Numbered from the stretch's first letter, positions 49,403 to 59,500 are shown. The stretch is 64,000 nucleotides of DNA from an uncultured Eggerthellaceae bacterium (GCA_964553375.1 CAZKKN010000002.1:3280-67279); one strand, 5' to 3'. Notes: generated from the letters alone by a model not told the origin. Numbers and translations: made by a program.

Positions 49403-50293
49403 ATGGCTGAACCACAATTCGGACGCCTTATCACCGCTGCCATCACCCCATTCGACCGTGACGGGGAGCTGGACATCCCGCGCACCGAGGAATTCACCGA
49501 GCGCCTCATAGCCGGTGGCACCGATGCCATCATCGTGTGCGGCACCACTGGCGAGAGCCCCACGGTGTTCTACCCTCAGAAGATGCAGGTGATAGAAGCG
49601 GTGGTCAAGACCGCTGCAGGCCGTGTGCCCGTCATAGCCAACGTGGGCGATAACTGCACCGCCGACACGGTGGATTTCGCCGCCGACGTGGCCCCGTTAG
49701 GGGTAGACGGGTTCATGTGCGTGGTTCCCTACTACAACAAGCCTCCCCAAGAGGGGCTCTACCAGCACTTCAAGACCATCGCCCGCTCCACGGAGCTGCC
49801 CATCATCCTTTACAACATCCCCAGTCGCTGCGTGGTGAACATGACTGCGGATACCACGTTGCGCCTAGCCGACGAATGCCGGAACATCGTGGCCATAAAG
49901 GAGGCCTCGGGCGATATCGAGCAGGTGAAGGCGATCCTTGCCGGGGCCCCGGAGGATTTTTCGGTTTATTCCGGTGACGATTCCTTTACATTGCCCCTGA
50001 TGGAGGCCGGTGGCACCGGCGTCATCTCTACCATATCCAATGTGGCAACGGCCCCGATGAAAGCCATCGTGGACGCGGCCGCCGAGGGGCGCTGGGATGA
50101 AGCCCGGGCCTTGAATGAAGAGCTCCTGCCGCTCATGGTGGGGCTTTTCGCCACCACCAATCCCATTCTGGTGAAGGAAGCCTTGGATCTGGTGGGCTTT
50201 CCCGTGGGTGGCGTGCGCCTGCCTTTGGTGCCGGCCACATCTGAACAACGGGAGGAACTGAAGCGCGTCATGCAGATAACCGGCGTGCTCTGA
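49403..50293 (+). CDS. dapA: 4-hydroxy-tetrahydrodipicolinate synthase
   Basis: VCGTTGESPT and AIKEASGD (Schiff-base Lys). I trimmed the start to ATG 49403, which follows a GAGGAG Shine-Dalgarno sequence. Confidence 0.92.
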   Translation: MAEPQFGRLITAAITPFDRDGELDIPRTEEFTERLIAGGTDAIIVCGTTGESPTVFYPQKMQVIEAVVKTAAGRVPVIANVGDNCTADTVDFAADVAPLGVDGFMCVVPYYNKPPQEGLYQHFKTIARSTELPIILYNIPSRCVVNMTADTTLRLADECRNIVAIKEASGDIEQVKAILAGAPEDFSVYSGDDSFTLPLMEAGGTGVISTISNVATAPMKAIVDAAAEGRWDEARALNEELLPLMVGLFATTNPILVKEALDLVGFPVGGVRLPLVPATSEQREELKRVMQITGVL

Positions 50294-50393
50294 TCTTGGA
50301 CGGAAGCATGCTTCAGGCATGCATTGAGATAGAAGAAGGCATCCCACGCGCCTGAAGGCCGGGGTGCCGAATGAAGAATGAAACGAGGTATGA

Positions 50394-52298
50394 ATGACCC
50401 AGGGAAACGAGGGTTCTAAACCCGAGCGCAAGCATGGGCAGAATCAGAAAGACGGGCAGAACCAGAAGGGCTCGGCCCCGAATCAGCGGCGCAAGCGCAA
50501 TGGCCGCGAAACGAAATCGATCAAGTACGTGAAGTTGGAGAAGGAGCGGCCGAGCCTCACGCGCGATGCCACCTCCGCCAAGCAGGCATCCAAGCAAAAC
50601 CAGCACCATAAGCCGCGCCGCGGCTCGGGCAACGCCAAGAAGAAGGGCGCACAGCTGAAGATCATCCCCTTGGGTGGCCTGGATGCCATCGGCAAGAACA
50701 TGACCGTATTCGAATGCGGCAACGACATGGTGCTCGATGACGCAGGCCTCATGTTCCCCGATGACGACCATCCCGGCATCGACCTCATCCTGCCGGACTA
50801 CACCTATGTATTGGAGAACGCCGACAAGCTCCGCGGCATCGTGATCACCCACGGTCACGAGGACCACACTGGCAGTTTGCCCTACCTTTACAAGGACCTG
50901 GGCAAAGACGTGCCCATCTACGCTTCCAAATTCACCCTCGGCCTCATCGAGGGCAAGTTCAAGGAGCACCGCATCAAAAACGCCAAACTGGTGGAGGTCA
51001 ATCCCGGCGACAAGATAAAGCTAGGCTGCATCGAGGTGGAATTCTTCGCGGTGAACCACTCCATCCCCGGCGCTTTGGGCGTGCTTTTCCGCAGCCCCGC
51101 GGGCAATGTGCTCCATACCGGCGACTTCAAGCTGGACCAGACGCCCATCGATGGCATCACCACCGATTTCGCAGCCCTTTCCCGTTTCAACCAGGAGGGC
51201 GTGGACCTCATGCTCTCGGATTCCACCAACGCCATGAAAAAGGAGTTCACCCCCTCTGAGCGCGAGGTGGGTAAAGAGCTCGCCCGTATCATCAAGCAGG
51301 CGAAGGGCCGCGTGGTCATCGCCTCCTTCGCCAGCCAGATCCACCGGATGCAGCAGATCTGCGATGCCGCCGTGGCCAATGGCCGCAAGGTGGTGGTCAC
51401 CGGCCGCTCCATGATCCAAAACACCGATATTGCCCGCAAGCTCGGCTATCTGAACATCGATGACAAGGACCTGGTGGATGCTTACGAGCTTTCCGGTATC
51501 CCGCCAGAGAAAGTGGTGGTCATGTGCACCGGCTCCCAAGGCGAGCCCCTGTCCGCCCTCTCCCGCATCGCCAGCGGCCTGCATAAGACCATAGAGATAG
51601 ATGAGGGCGATACGGTGATCATCTCCGCCACGCCGGTGCCGGGCAACGAGAAGGCTGTGACCCGCGTGATCAACCTCCTGTCGAAGATCGGAGCCGATGT
51701 CTACGACAAATCCCGGGCCATGGTGCACGTATCGGGCCATGCCGGCGCCGAGGAGCTGAAGCTCGTGCTCTCCATCGTGCAGCCGAAATCGTTCATGCCG
51801 GTCCATGGTGAGGCCGCCCATCTGCGGGCCCATGCCCATCTGGCCGAGGAGACGGGGGTTCCGCCCGAGAACATCTTCATCTGCGAGAACGGTGAGGGCT
51901 TGGTGCTGGATTCAGGAGGCGTGCGCCTGGGCGACACCGTCCAAAGCGGCGTGGTCTATGTGGATGGCCTCTCGGTGGGGGATACCTCCCAGGATGTGCT
52001 GGATGAGCGCGTCACCTTGGGCGCGCAGGGCTTCGCCGTGCTCTCGGCGGCCTACAATCCCAAAACCCGCAAGCTCGCCGCACCCATCGCCATTGAGATG
52101 CATGGCATCACAGGCGGAGACGACCCCTATGTGGCTGTGGAGGCCAAAGAGGCCGTGGAGGCGGCGCTCAAGAAGCATCTGCAGAAGGGCGCCACATTGG
52201 CTGAGCTGCGCAAAGCGGGAAGGGATACCCTGCTCAACCTGCTCTGGGAGCGCACCAAGCAACGCCCCATGGTGGTATCCACCATTCTGGAGGTCTGA
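50394..52298 (+). CDS. rnj: ribonuclease J with an 87-aa basic N-terminal extension
   Basis: Beta-CASP metallo-beta-lactamase with ITHGHEDHTG. Confidence 0.9.
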   Translation: MTQGNEGSKPERKHGQNQKDGQNQKGSAPNQRRKRNGRETKSIKYVKLEKERPSLTRDATSAKQASKQNQHHKPRRGSGNAKKKGAQLKIIPLGGLDAIGKNMTVFECGNDMVLDDAGLMFPDDDHPGIDLILPDYTYVLENADKLRGIVITHGHEDHTGSLPYLYKDLGKDVPIYASKFTLGLIEGKFKEHRIKNAKLVEVNPGDKIKLGCIEVEFFAVNHSIPGALGVLFRSPAGNVLHTGDFKLDQTPIDGITTDFAALSRFNQEGVDLMLSDSTNAMKKEFTPSEREVGKELARIIKQAKGRVVIASFASQIHRMQQICDAAVANGRKVVVTGRSMIQNTDIARKLGYLNIDDKDLVDAYELSGIPPEKVVVMCTGSQGEPLSALSRIASGLHKTIEIDEGDTVIISATPVPGNEKAVTRVINLLSKIGADVYDKSRAMVHVSGHAGAEELKLVLSIVQPKSFMPVHGEAAHLRAHAHLAEETGVPPENIFICENGEGLVLDSGGVRLGDTVQSGVVYVDGLSVGDTSQDVLDERVTLGAQGFAVLSAAYNPKTRKLAAPIAIEMHGITGGDDPYVAVEAKEAVEAALKKHLQKGATLAELRKAGRDTLLNLLWERTKQRPMVVSTILEV

Positions 52299-52370
52299 GG
52301 CGGCCTGAAGCGCATTTGGTTTATAATTACTGCGTTGAATCGTAGTAGAAATGCAGCATAAGGATCTATC

Positions 52371-54929
52371 TTGGCTAACAAACAGTCCAGCAAGAAGAGC
52401 CCGGCAGCCTCTGGCTCCTCCGGCTCTTCTGCGCCTCGCAAACGGGCTTTGGCCCCTTCTGAGAAGAACGTCCGCCGTAAGCTCTCTTCCATAGAGTTCG
52501 AAGAAGAGCGCTCGTTTCTGGATGACCGCACCAAGCGCACCATCATCGCCATCCTGTTCTTCGCCTGCGCCTGCGCTCTCATGCTCATCGTGGTGCTGCC
52601 CGGCAACGCCATGGTCTCCTCTGCGCTCTCCTACATCCTGCACGTGGGACTGGGCATAGGCGCCTACATCCTGCCCGTGGTCTTGGCGATCATCGGCATC
52701 ACCTTCATCGCGCGCTTCGATTCCGAACGCGTACCCGCCCGGGTCATCTTGGGACTCTTCATCGTCTATCTGGGATTGCTCATCCTATTGGCCTTGCTCA
52801 CCCCCGGGCTGGGGGATATCGCCAACGCTGAGACCATCATCTTCCTGGACGAGAACACCACCACCCACGGAGGGCTCGTGGGGGCCGGACCCGGTTGGGT
52901 GGGTCTTGCGCTTTTCGGTTTGCCCATCGCCATCATCATAGCCTTGAGCATCATCGCCATCGGTTTCGCCGTCATCGGCTTCTCCATCCATCGCTTAGCC
53001 GAGACCATCGCCCGGCGCCGTGCCATCAAGCGCCAGAGGGAAGAAGAGGCCTTGGATGTGGCTCCGGCCCAGCCCTATATACCGGCCATGGCTGAAGGCA
53101 AGCGTCCACGGCGAAGCGGGGAAGTGGATAGCGCCTCGCTCACCCGCCCCTTAGACGACATCGAGCCAGCATCGGTGGATGCCACCGTGGCTTTCATCCC
53201 CGCAAGCCCCGCTTCCCGGCTCTCTGGAAGCCTTGAGGGCGGACGTCACCGCCCGGTTCCCAAGGGTGAGACCCAAAGCTTCACCCGCAAGCTCGGTCAG
53301 ACCCGCACCGAAGAGGAACCGCCCGCTCCCAAAACCAAGGCGGCTAAGGGCTCCCCCAAGAAAGCCAAGGCAAAAGCTGCTCCGGAGCCTGACGGCCTGC
53401 GCAGTCCCGATGATACCTTCCAACTCCCTGACAGGTCCCTTCTCAAAGTGAGCCGGAGCAAGGCGAAGAGTAAGAGCTTTGAGGAGGAGCTGCGCCAAAC
53501 GGCCGCCCACCTCCAGCAGACCATGGAGGATTTCGGCATCATGGCCACGGTTGTGGATTGGATCTCCGGTCCCACCGTGACGCTGTTCGAGGTGGATCTG
53601 CCCGCCGGCGTGCGCGTAAGCCGCCTCACCGCCCTGAAAGACGACATCGCCCTCGCCCTTGCTGCCCCGGGGGTGCGCATCTTCGCCCCCATACCCAACA
53701 CCCATTTCGTGGGCATCGAGGTGCCCAACCGCCAGCGTGATAACGTGTTGCTCGGGGATATCCTGAAATCCGTGAAGGGCGGCCCGTTGGAGGTGGCCAT
53801 CGGCAAAGACGTGGAAGGCAACCCCATCATCGAGGATCTGGCCCGCATGCCGCATCTACTCATCGGCGGCACCACCGGCTCGGGCAAATCAGTTGGCATC
53901 AACGCCATGATCATGTCCATCCTCATGCGCTCTACTCCTTCCCAAGTTCGCTTCATCATGATCGACCCCAAGCGGGTGGAATTCGCCCCTTACGACGGCA
54001 TCCCGCACCTCTATGTGCCCGTTGTCACCGAACCCAAGGAAGCCGCGAGCGCCCTTTCCTGGGGCGTTGCCGAGATGGAGCTGCGTCTGAAGACCTTCCA
54101 GAAGGCCGGGGTGCGCAACATCACCTCCTTCAATGAGCTGGTGGTGAGCGGACGGCTTTCAGCCATGGCTGAGGACGGCACCATAGACAAGGCGAAATTC
54201 CCCCAGCCCCAGTACCTCGATACCCCCATGCCCTATATCGTGATCGTGATAGACGAGTTGGCCGACCTCATGATGAACGTGGGCAAGGAGGTGGAGTTCT
54301 CCATCAGCCGCATCGCCCAGCTGGCCCGTGCTGCCGGCATCCACCTCATCGTGGCCACTCAGCGGCCATCGGCCAATGTGGTCACGGGACTCATCAAGGC
54401 GAACATCACCACCCGCATCGCCTACAACGTGGCATCCGGCCTGGATAGCCGCGTGATCTTGGACACCACCGGCGCAGAGAGCCTCATCGGCCTGGGCGAT
54501 CTGCTCATCTCCAAACCGGAGTTGGGACGCCCTTTGCGCGTTCAGGGATGCTTCACCTCCGATGAAGAAATTGCGACGGTGGTGGAATTCATCAAATCCC
54601 AAGGCGAACCCGAGTATCATTCAGAGATACTGAAAACGAATCTGGTTACGTTAGGTGATTCGGCCCCCGATGGCTCGGGTGGCAGCGGTGGCGGCGATGA
54701 CCCGCTCATCTGGGATGCAGCGGAGATAGTGGTGGCCACCGGCCTGGGTTCGACATCTAACATCCAGCGGAAGCTCAAGGTGGGATATGCCCGGGCTGGC
54801 CGTATAATGGATATGCTGGAAGAGAAGGGCGTTGTAGGCGCACCCAACGGCTCCAAGCCGCGTGAGGTGCTCGTTGACGCCTTGGAGCTGGAAGCGCTGA
54901 AGGCCTTCGAGGCCAACGACGCAGACTAA
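52371..54929 (+). CDS. ftsK: DNA translocase FtsK/SpoIIIE
   Basis: N-terminal TM helices, a Pro/Lys-rich linker, a motor domain with GGTTGSGKSV and IVIDELADLMM, and a C-terminal gamma wHTH. TTG start. Confidence 0.92.
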   Translation: MANKQSSKKSPAASGSSGSSAPRKRALAPSEKNVRRKLSSIEFEEERSFLDDRTKRTIIAILFFACACALMLIVVLPGNAMVSSALSYILHVGLGIGAYILPVVLAIIGITFIARFDSERVPARVILGLFIVYLGLLILLALLTPGLGDIANAETIIFLDENTTTHGGLVGAGPGWVGLALFGLPIAIIIALSIIAIGFAVIGFSIHRLAETIARRRAIKRQREEEALDVAPAQPYIPAMAEGKRPRRSGEVDSASLTRPLDDIEPASVDATVAFIPASPASRLSGSLEGGRHRPVPKGETQSFTRKLGQTRTEEEPPAPKTKAAKGSPKKAKAKAAPEPDGLRSPDDTFQLPDRSLLKVSRSKAKSKSFEEELRQTAAHLQQTMEDFGIMATVVDWISGPTVTLFEVDLPAGVRVSRLTALKDDIALALAAPGVRIFAPIPNTHFVGIEVPNRQRDNVLLGDILKSVKGGPLEVAIGKDVEGNPIIEDLARMPHLLIGGTTGSGKSVGINAMIMSILMRSTPSQVRFIMIDPKRVEFAPYDGIPHLYVPVVTEPKEAASALSWGVAEMELRLKTFQKAGVRNITSFNELVVSGRLSAMAEDGTIDKAKFPQPQYLDTPMPYIVIVIDELADLMMNVGKEVEFSISRIAQLARAAGIHLIVATQRPSANVVTGLIKANITTRIAYNVASGLDSRVILDTTGAESLIGLGDLLISKPELGRPLRVQGCFTSDEEIATVVEFIKSQGEPEYHSEILKTNLVTLGDSAPDGSGGSGGGDDPLIWDAAEIVVATGLGSTSNIQRKLKVGYARAGRIMDMLEEKGVVGAPNGSKPREVLVDALELEALKAFEANDAD

Positions 54930-54941
54930 CGAGGAGCTATC

Positions 54942-56189
54942 GTGGCACAGGTGACATCGGGCAGAGTGCTCCGTGAGACCCGGGAGCGCAAAGGCTATGA
55001 CCTTACCACTGTTGCGCGGCGCCTGCGCATCCGCCCGGATATCCTGCGCGCCATCGAGGCTAACGATTTCTCCTCCATGCCCCCGCGGGGCTATACCCGC
55101 AATATGATCAACGCCTATGCACGGCTCTTAGGGCTCAACCCCACGGAGATCGTGAACATGTTCTTGGATGAATCCTATGCCCATCAGGTGCAAAAGGCCC
55201 GTTCAGCGGCACCTTCAGCCGGCTTTGACATGGGGCGTGACCGTCGGCGCAGCCGCAGCGAGCGGCGCCAAGAGGTGGCCTACGATGAGGAGGAGGGCTT
55301 CGGCGCCCAGCAGAGCCCCAGCAAGCGAAAGCTCTACGACGACCGCACCCGTTATTCCCGAGACGACTACGGCATCCAGCGGGAGCGCGTGCGCCGCACC
55401 GACCGCTCAAGCCGGGATTTCATGAGTCATCACTCGGATTATCCCCAGTCCGACTACGGCATCTACAACGACGACCGTCAGGCTCGCCGTCACCGCCAGG
55501 TGCACGTGGGTCACACCCCTATGGAGTATTCCGCCCCGCGCCTGCCCGGCGGGCTTATGGGGCGGCTTCCTTTGATCATAGCCGCTGTGGCCGTAGTGGT
55601 GCTCATCATCATCTTGATCGTCTTCGTGTTCAATGGCGGCAACGGAGGCGGCACCGATGACGTATCCCAGCTGCCTGTTTCGGGCATCAACGACACCACG
55701 GGCACCGGCGATGACGCCGAGGCCGATGAGCCGCCGGTGGAAGTGGCACCAACCAGTGCGCGCATCACCTACTCGGTGGGCGAGGGGAACGAGGTCTACA
55801 TAGAGACCTACGACAACTCCGAGACCCCTAAGGCCGAGATGCTCACCGGACCGGTGGAGCAGACCTTGGAGACCACCGGTGTTTGGACCATCACCACCTT
55901 CACCCCCGACCTCATCACCGTGATGGTGAACGGCGAACAGGTGAAGTTGGAGCCCAATCAGGAATACGGTGGCATGTCCACCTACACCGTGGATTTCCCC
56001 AAGATGCTCGAAGAGTGGCGCCAGACCCATTCCTCCAAGTCATCCCAGCGCCAAGCGGCCGTTGCCTCGGCTGCCAATGCCGCGAGCGCCGATGCTACGA
56101 AGTCCTCCGGGGCCAGCGCGGCTACCGGCAATACGGGTACGGGCGCAGACACCGCAACCCAGGGCACGACAACGAGCGGCACGCTTTAA
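54942..56189 (+). CDS. RodZ-like HTH membrane protein
   Basis: N-terminal XRE-type HTH (LRETRERKGYDLTTVARRLRIRPDILRAIE), a Arg-rich linker, one TM helix (LPLIIAAVAVVVLIIILIVFVF) and a C-terminal beta-rich domain. It occupies the position of Bacillus ymfM/rodZ. Confidence 0.7.
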   Translation: MAQVTSGRVLRETRERKGYDLTTVARRLRIRPDILRAIEANDFSSMPPRGYTRNMINAYARLLGLNPTEIVNMFLDESYAHQVQKARSAAPSAGFDMGRDRRRSRSERRQEVAYDEEEGFGAQQSPSKRKLYDDRTRYSRDDYGIQRERVRRTDRSSRDFMSHHSDYPQSDYGIYNDDRQARRHRQVHVGHTPMEYSAPRLPGGLMGRLPLIIAAVAVVVLIIILIVFVFNGGNGGGTDDVSQLPVSGINDTTGTGDDAEADEPPVEVAPTSARITYSVGEGNEVYIETYDNSETPKAEMLTGPVEQTLETTGVWTITTFTPDLITVMVNGEQVKLEPNQEYGGMSTYTVDFPKMLEEWRQTHSSKSSQRQAAVASAANAASADATKSSGASAATGNTGTGADTATQGTTTSGTL

Positions 56190-56228
56190 GGCCCGCTGTT
56201 TCACACCCCATGAGAAGAAAGGCAACCA

Positions 56229-56726
56229 ATGGCTAAAGAATCCAGTTTCGATGTGGTATCCACCCTTGACCTCCAAGAGGTGGATAACGCCTATCAGCAG
56301 GCGAAGAAGGAACTCACCCAGCGCTACGACCTGAAGGATTCCGGCTCCAAGATAGACCTGGATAAGGCCGCCAAGAAGCTCACCATCACGGCACCGAGCG
56401 ATTTCGTAGCCAACCAAGTGCTTGACATCATCACCTCCAAGCTGGTGAAGCGCGGTATAGAGCTCTCGGCCGTGCAGTGGAGTGCGCCTGTGGATTCCGC
56501 CGGTGGCACGGTGCAGCGCACCGGCACCTTGGTGGAGGGGATCGAAAAGGACGTGGCTTCCAGGATCAACAAGGACATCAAAGCCCAGAAGTTCAAGGTC
56601 AAAGTGCAGATCGAGGGCGATCACCTGCGCGTGAGCTCGCCTTCCCGCGACACGTTGCAAGAGGTTATCGCGTTTCTGAAGGACCAAGATTACGGTCAGC
56701 CGCTCCAATACACCAACTATCGCTAG
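56229..56726 (+). CDS. yajQ: YajQ-family nucleotide-binding protein (UPF0234)
   Basis: SFDVVSTLDLQEVDNA N-terminus; 165-aa length and overall pattern typical of YajQ. Confidence 0.85.
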   Translation: MAKESSFDVVSTLDLQEVDNAYQQAKKELTQRYDLKDSGSKIDLDKAAKKLTITAPSDFVANQVLDIITSKLVKRGIELSAVQWSAPVDSAGGTVQRTGTLVEGIEKDVASRINKDIKAQKFKVKVQIEGDHLRVSSPSRDTLQEVIAFLKDQDYGQPLQYTNYR

Positions 56727-56739
56727 GGGAGCAGCAACG

Positions 56740-58047
56740 GTGAGACCCGATATGCCCGCTGTGGCCTTCGTGACCATGGGCTGCGCCAAAAACGAGGTGG
56801 ACAGCCAAACCATGGCCGCGCTTTTGAGCCAAGGCGGCTATAGGGTGATAGACGACTTGGAGGCGGCCGATGCCGTCATCGTGAACACCTGCTCGTTCAT
56901 CCAAATGGCAACAGAGGAGAGCATCGATGCGGTCCTTGCCGCAGCGGAGCTCCCGTCCATCGCCGAAGGGCGCGGCAAGCTCATCTTGGCCGGTTGCATG
57001 GCTGCACGCTACGGCGAGGAGCTTGAACCCGAATTCCCCGAAGCAGCCGCCTTCGTACCCTGCGCTGAAGAAGAGGGGATCGTCGCGGTGGTGGATGGGC
57101 TGTTCGGTGTTGACCGGGCAAATGCGCCTTCCAACGCCGATCAAGCCGATTTGAGCAGCTCTTCGGTGAGCGCTTACGTGAAGATATCCGATGGCTGTGA
57201 CCGCTTCTGCTCCTATTGCACCATCCCCTTCATCCGGGGCCGCTATCATTCCTTTTCCCTCGAGACCATCGAAGCGGACGTGAGACGCGCCGTTGAGCAG
57301 GGGAATCGCGAAGTAGTGCTCATCGCCCAAGATACCGGTCGCTGGGGAAGCGACCTCACACCTCCCTCCACCTTGGCTCAACTGGCCTCCCACTTGGCAG
57401 AGGAGTTCCCGGATACGTGGTTCAGACTGCTCTACATCCAGCCCGAAGGAGTGACCGAAGAGCTCATAGACACGGTGGCACGCCACCCGAACCTCTGCGA
57501 TTATTTCGACATCCCCTTCCAGCACAGCGACCCTGCGCTTCTGAAAGCCATGAACCGGTCGGGAAGCGGAGAGGAGTTCTTGGAGCTGATCGGGCGCATC
57601 CGCCAGGCTATCCCGCAGGCCGCCTTGCGCACCACGCTCATCGTGGGTTTTCCGGGGGAAAGCGAGGAGAGCTTCGAAGGGCTCCTTGATTTCGTCCAGG
57701 AAGCTGCTCTGGATTACGTGGGGGCCTTCGCCTATTCCCGCGAGGAGGGCACGCGAGCCTACTCCCTTGATGGGCAGATCCCCGAAGAGGAGAAGCAGCG
57801 TCGGCTCCAGGAGCTGCGCGATGTATCCGATGCCCTATCCGGCACGGTTGTGGCCCAGCGCATCGGCACGGATCTGGCCGTGCTGGTGGAAGGCTGCGAG
57901 GAGGACAGTCAGCTTTTCGGCCGCTGCCAAGCCCAAGCCCCCGATGTGGATGGCGTCACCTACGTAGATAAGGGTATGATAGGGCAGGTCGCGCTTTATC
58001 GCATCGATCAGACCTTAGGTTACGAGATGGAAGGCAGCCGCATCTGA
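56740..58047 (+). CDS. rimO: ribosomal protein S12 methylthiotransferase
   Basis: MiaB-family N-terminal domain (GCAKNEVDS), radical SAM motif SDGCDRFCSYCTIP and a C-terminal TRAM domain. The start is GTG 56740 or ATG 56752. Confidence 0.9.
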   Translation: MRPDMPAVAFVTMGCAKNEVDSQTMAALLSQGGYRVIDDLEAADAVIVNTCSFIQMATEESIDAVLAAAELPSIAEGRGKLILAGCMAARYGEELEPEFPEAAAFVPCAEEEGIVAVVDGLFGVDRANAPSNADQADLSSSSVSAYVKISDGCDRFCSYCTIPFIRGRYHSFSLETIEADVRRAVEQGNREVVLIAQDTGRWGSDLTPPSTLAQLASHLAEEFPDTWFRLLYIQPEGVTEELIDTVARHPNLCDYFDIPFQHSDPALLKAMNRSGSGEEFLELIGRIRQAIPQAALRTTLIVGFPGESEESFEGLLDFVQEAALDYVGAFAYSREEGTRAYSLDGQIPEEEKQRRLQELRDVSDALSGTVVAQRIGTDLAVLVEGCEEDSQLFGRCQAQAPDVDGVTYVDKGMIGQVALYRIDQTLGYEMEGSRI

Positions 58048-59195
58048 TGGCAACCCGCACCCATAGTTCCTCTGACCTGTTCACCATCTCCAACGTCATC
58101 ACCATCACGCGCATACTGCTCGTGCCGGTGTTCGTGGCCGCTCTTTTGGCCCCATGGCCCGAGTGGTTCGGCGTTGAGGAGCTCTACATCGAGTCCTGGA
58201 AGCGCTGGATCGCCGCAGGGATCTTCATCCTCATCTCTGCGACCGACTGGCTCGATGGTTATCTGGCCCGGCGACGAAACGAGATCACCGATTTCGGCAA
58301 GTTCATGGACCCCTTGGCCGATAAGATCCTCGTCGCAGCTGCGCTCATATGCCTGGTGGAGCTGGCCGCCCTGCCTGCCTGGGTGGTGCTCATCATCCTT
58401 GCCCGGGAGTTCATCGTGAGCGGCATCCGCATGATGGCAGCCAGCAAGGGCGTGGTCATCGCCGCGAGCATACTGGGAAAGTTCAAAACCGTGTTCCAGA
58501 TGATCGCCATCGTGCTTTTCACCTTGAAGGATTCCTATGTGAACTCGCCGTTTGCCACAGCGCTCCATGATCCCCTTTGGGTCATCAGCTGGTTGGTCAT
58601 GCTCATCGCCTTGGGTCTCACCATAGCGTCGCTCATCGACTACCTGGTGAAGGCCCGGCCCCTGTTCGGATTCGCCAACCCCGCGCTCCATGAGGGGGAA
58701 GGCACCGAACAGGAGGAGCAGGAGCTTTCCGCCCTCGCTGAATCGGTGATCCTGTCGCTGCAGGGAAGCGATGCCACCCTGGCTACAGCCGAAAGCCTCA
58801 CCGGAGGGATGATCGGGCAGGCGCTCACGGCCGTCAGCGGCTCCTCGGCGGTCTTCGCCGGCGGGGTGGTGAGCTACACCAACCCGGTGAAACATGCGCT
58901 TTTAGGGGTGCCCCAGGCCGTGCTTGACGGCGAAGGAGCCGTAAGCGAGACGTGCGCCCGAGCCATGGCCCAGGGAGCTCGAGAGCGCTTGGGGACCACG
59001 TACGCCGTGAGCGTTACCGGCATCGCCGGTCCCACGGGAGCCGAGCCGGGAAAACCCATCGGCACCGTTTGGATCGCGCTGGCCTCAGCCCAAGGCACTG
59101 AAGCCGCTTGCTATCACTTCCAGGGGGACCGCGAGGCCGTGCGCTGCCAGACTGCGGAGAAGGCGCTCGCCACCGTTTTGGATGCTCTCCTGTAA
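58047..59195 (+). CDS. pgsA: fusion protein: CDP-diacylglycerol--glycerol-3-phosphate 3-phosphatidyltransferase (N-terminal) + CinA C-terminal/PncC-type domain (C-terminal)
   Basis: CDP-alcohol phosphatidyltransferase motif DWLDGYLARRRNEITDFGKFMDPLADK with TM helices (aa 1-205). An acidic linker follows. The CinA_C signatures ATAESLTGGMIG and SVTGIAGPTG occupy aa 226-382. It is one uninterrupted ORF. Confidence 0.85.
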   Translation: MATRTHSSSDLFTISNVITITRILLVPVFVAALLAPWPEWFGVEELYIESWKRWIAAGIFILISATDWLDGYLARRRNEITDFGKFMDPLADKILVAAALICLVELAALPAWVVLIILAREFIVSGIRMMAASKGVVIAASILGKFKTVFQMIAIVLFTLKDSYVNSPFATALHDPLWVISWLVMLIALGLTIASLIDYLVKARPLFGFANPALHEGEGTEQEEQELSALAESVILSLQGSDATLATAESLTGGMIGQALTAVSGSSAVFAGGVVSYTNPVKHALLGVPQAVLDGEGAVSETCARAMAQGARERLGTTYAVSVTGIAGPTGAEPGKPIGTVWIALASAQGTEAACYHFQGDREAVRCQTAEKALATVLDALL

Positions 59196-59472
59196 GTGGA
59201 GCTTGCCGTTTTCGCCAGCGTTTGCCGCATTCGCCGCACACGCCGGCGTGATATGCTCCGTCAATCGGCGCGGTTCGCTTTCATAAGCGCTGCCCTTCAT
59301 CCATCCTTGGAGGATTCGCGTTAGATCCCTGGCAGAAACGTAGGATATATGCGTTGGGAATCCGTACCACGGCTGTGAGGGATGCGTTGGGGAGAAAGGA
59401 CGCAGGCGTTGCCCATTCTGGGTATGAACCGGAAGATTCGCTCTTTAATATCATCCTTCAACGGACAGACGC

Positions 59473-59500
59473 TTGACAGCAAACATTTGTTCGGTAGAAT
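59473..59500 (+). promoter_or_regulatory. recA promoter
   Basis: Consensus TTGACA, 16-nt spacer, TAGAAT. Ends 30 nt upstream of the recA ATG. Confidence 0.65.
59480..59493 (+). promoter_or_regulatory. SOS (LexA/Cheo-type) box within the recA promoter spacer
   Basis: CAAAC-ATTT-GTTCG imperfect palindrome, compared with the Gram-positive consensus CGAAC-N4-GTTCG (1 mismatch). Confidence 0.55.

Noticed and set aside
52299-52370. TATAAT hexamer (about 52324) as an ftsK promoter.
   Set aside because: No acceptable -35 element lies at 16-18 nt, and alternative hexamer pairs are equally weak. I left it unannotated.
59349-59393. 10-nt direct repeat ATGCGTTGGG (two copies, 33 nt apart) as a possible regulator binding site.
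   Set aside because: By my rough estimate the statistical support is marginal for a 335-bp region. There is no palindromic symmetry. I mention it only under the recA spacer finding.
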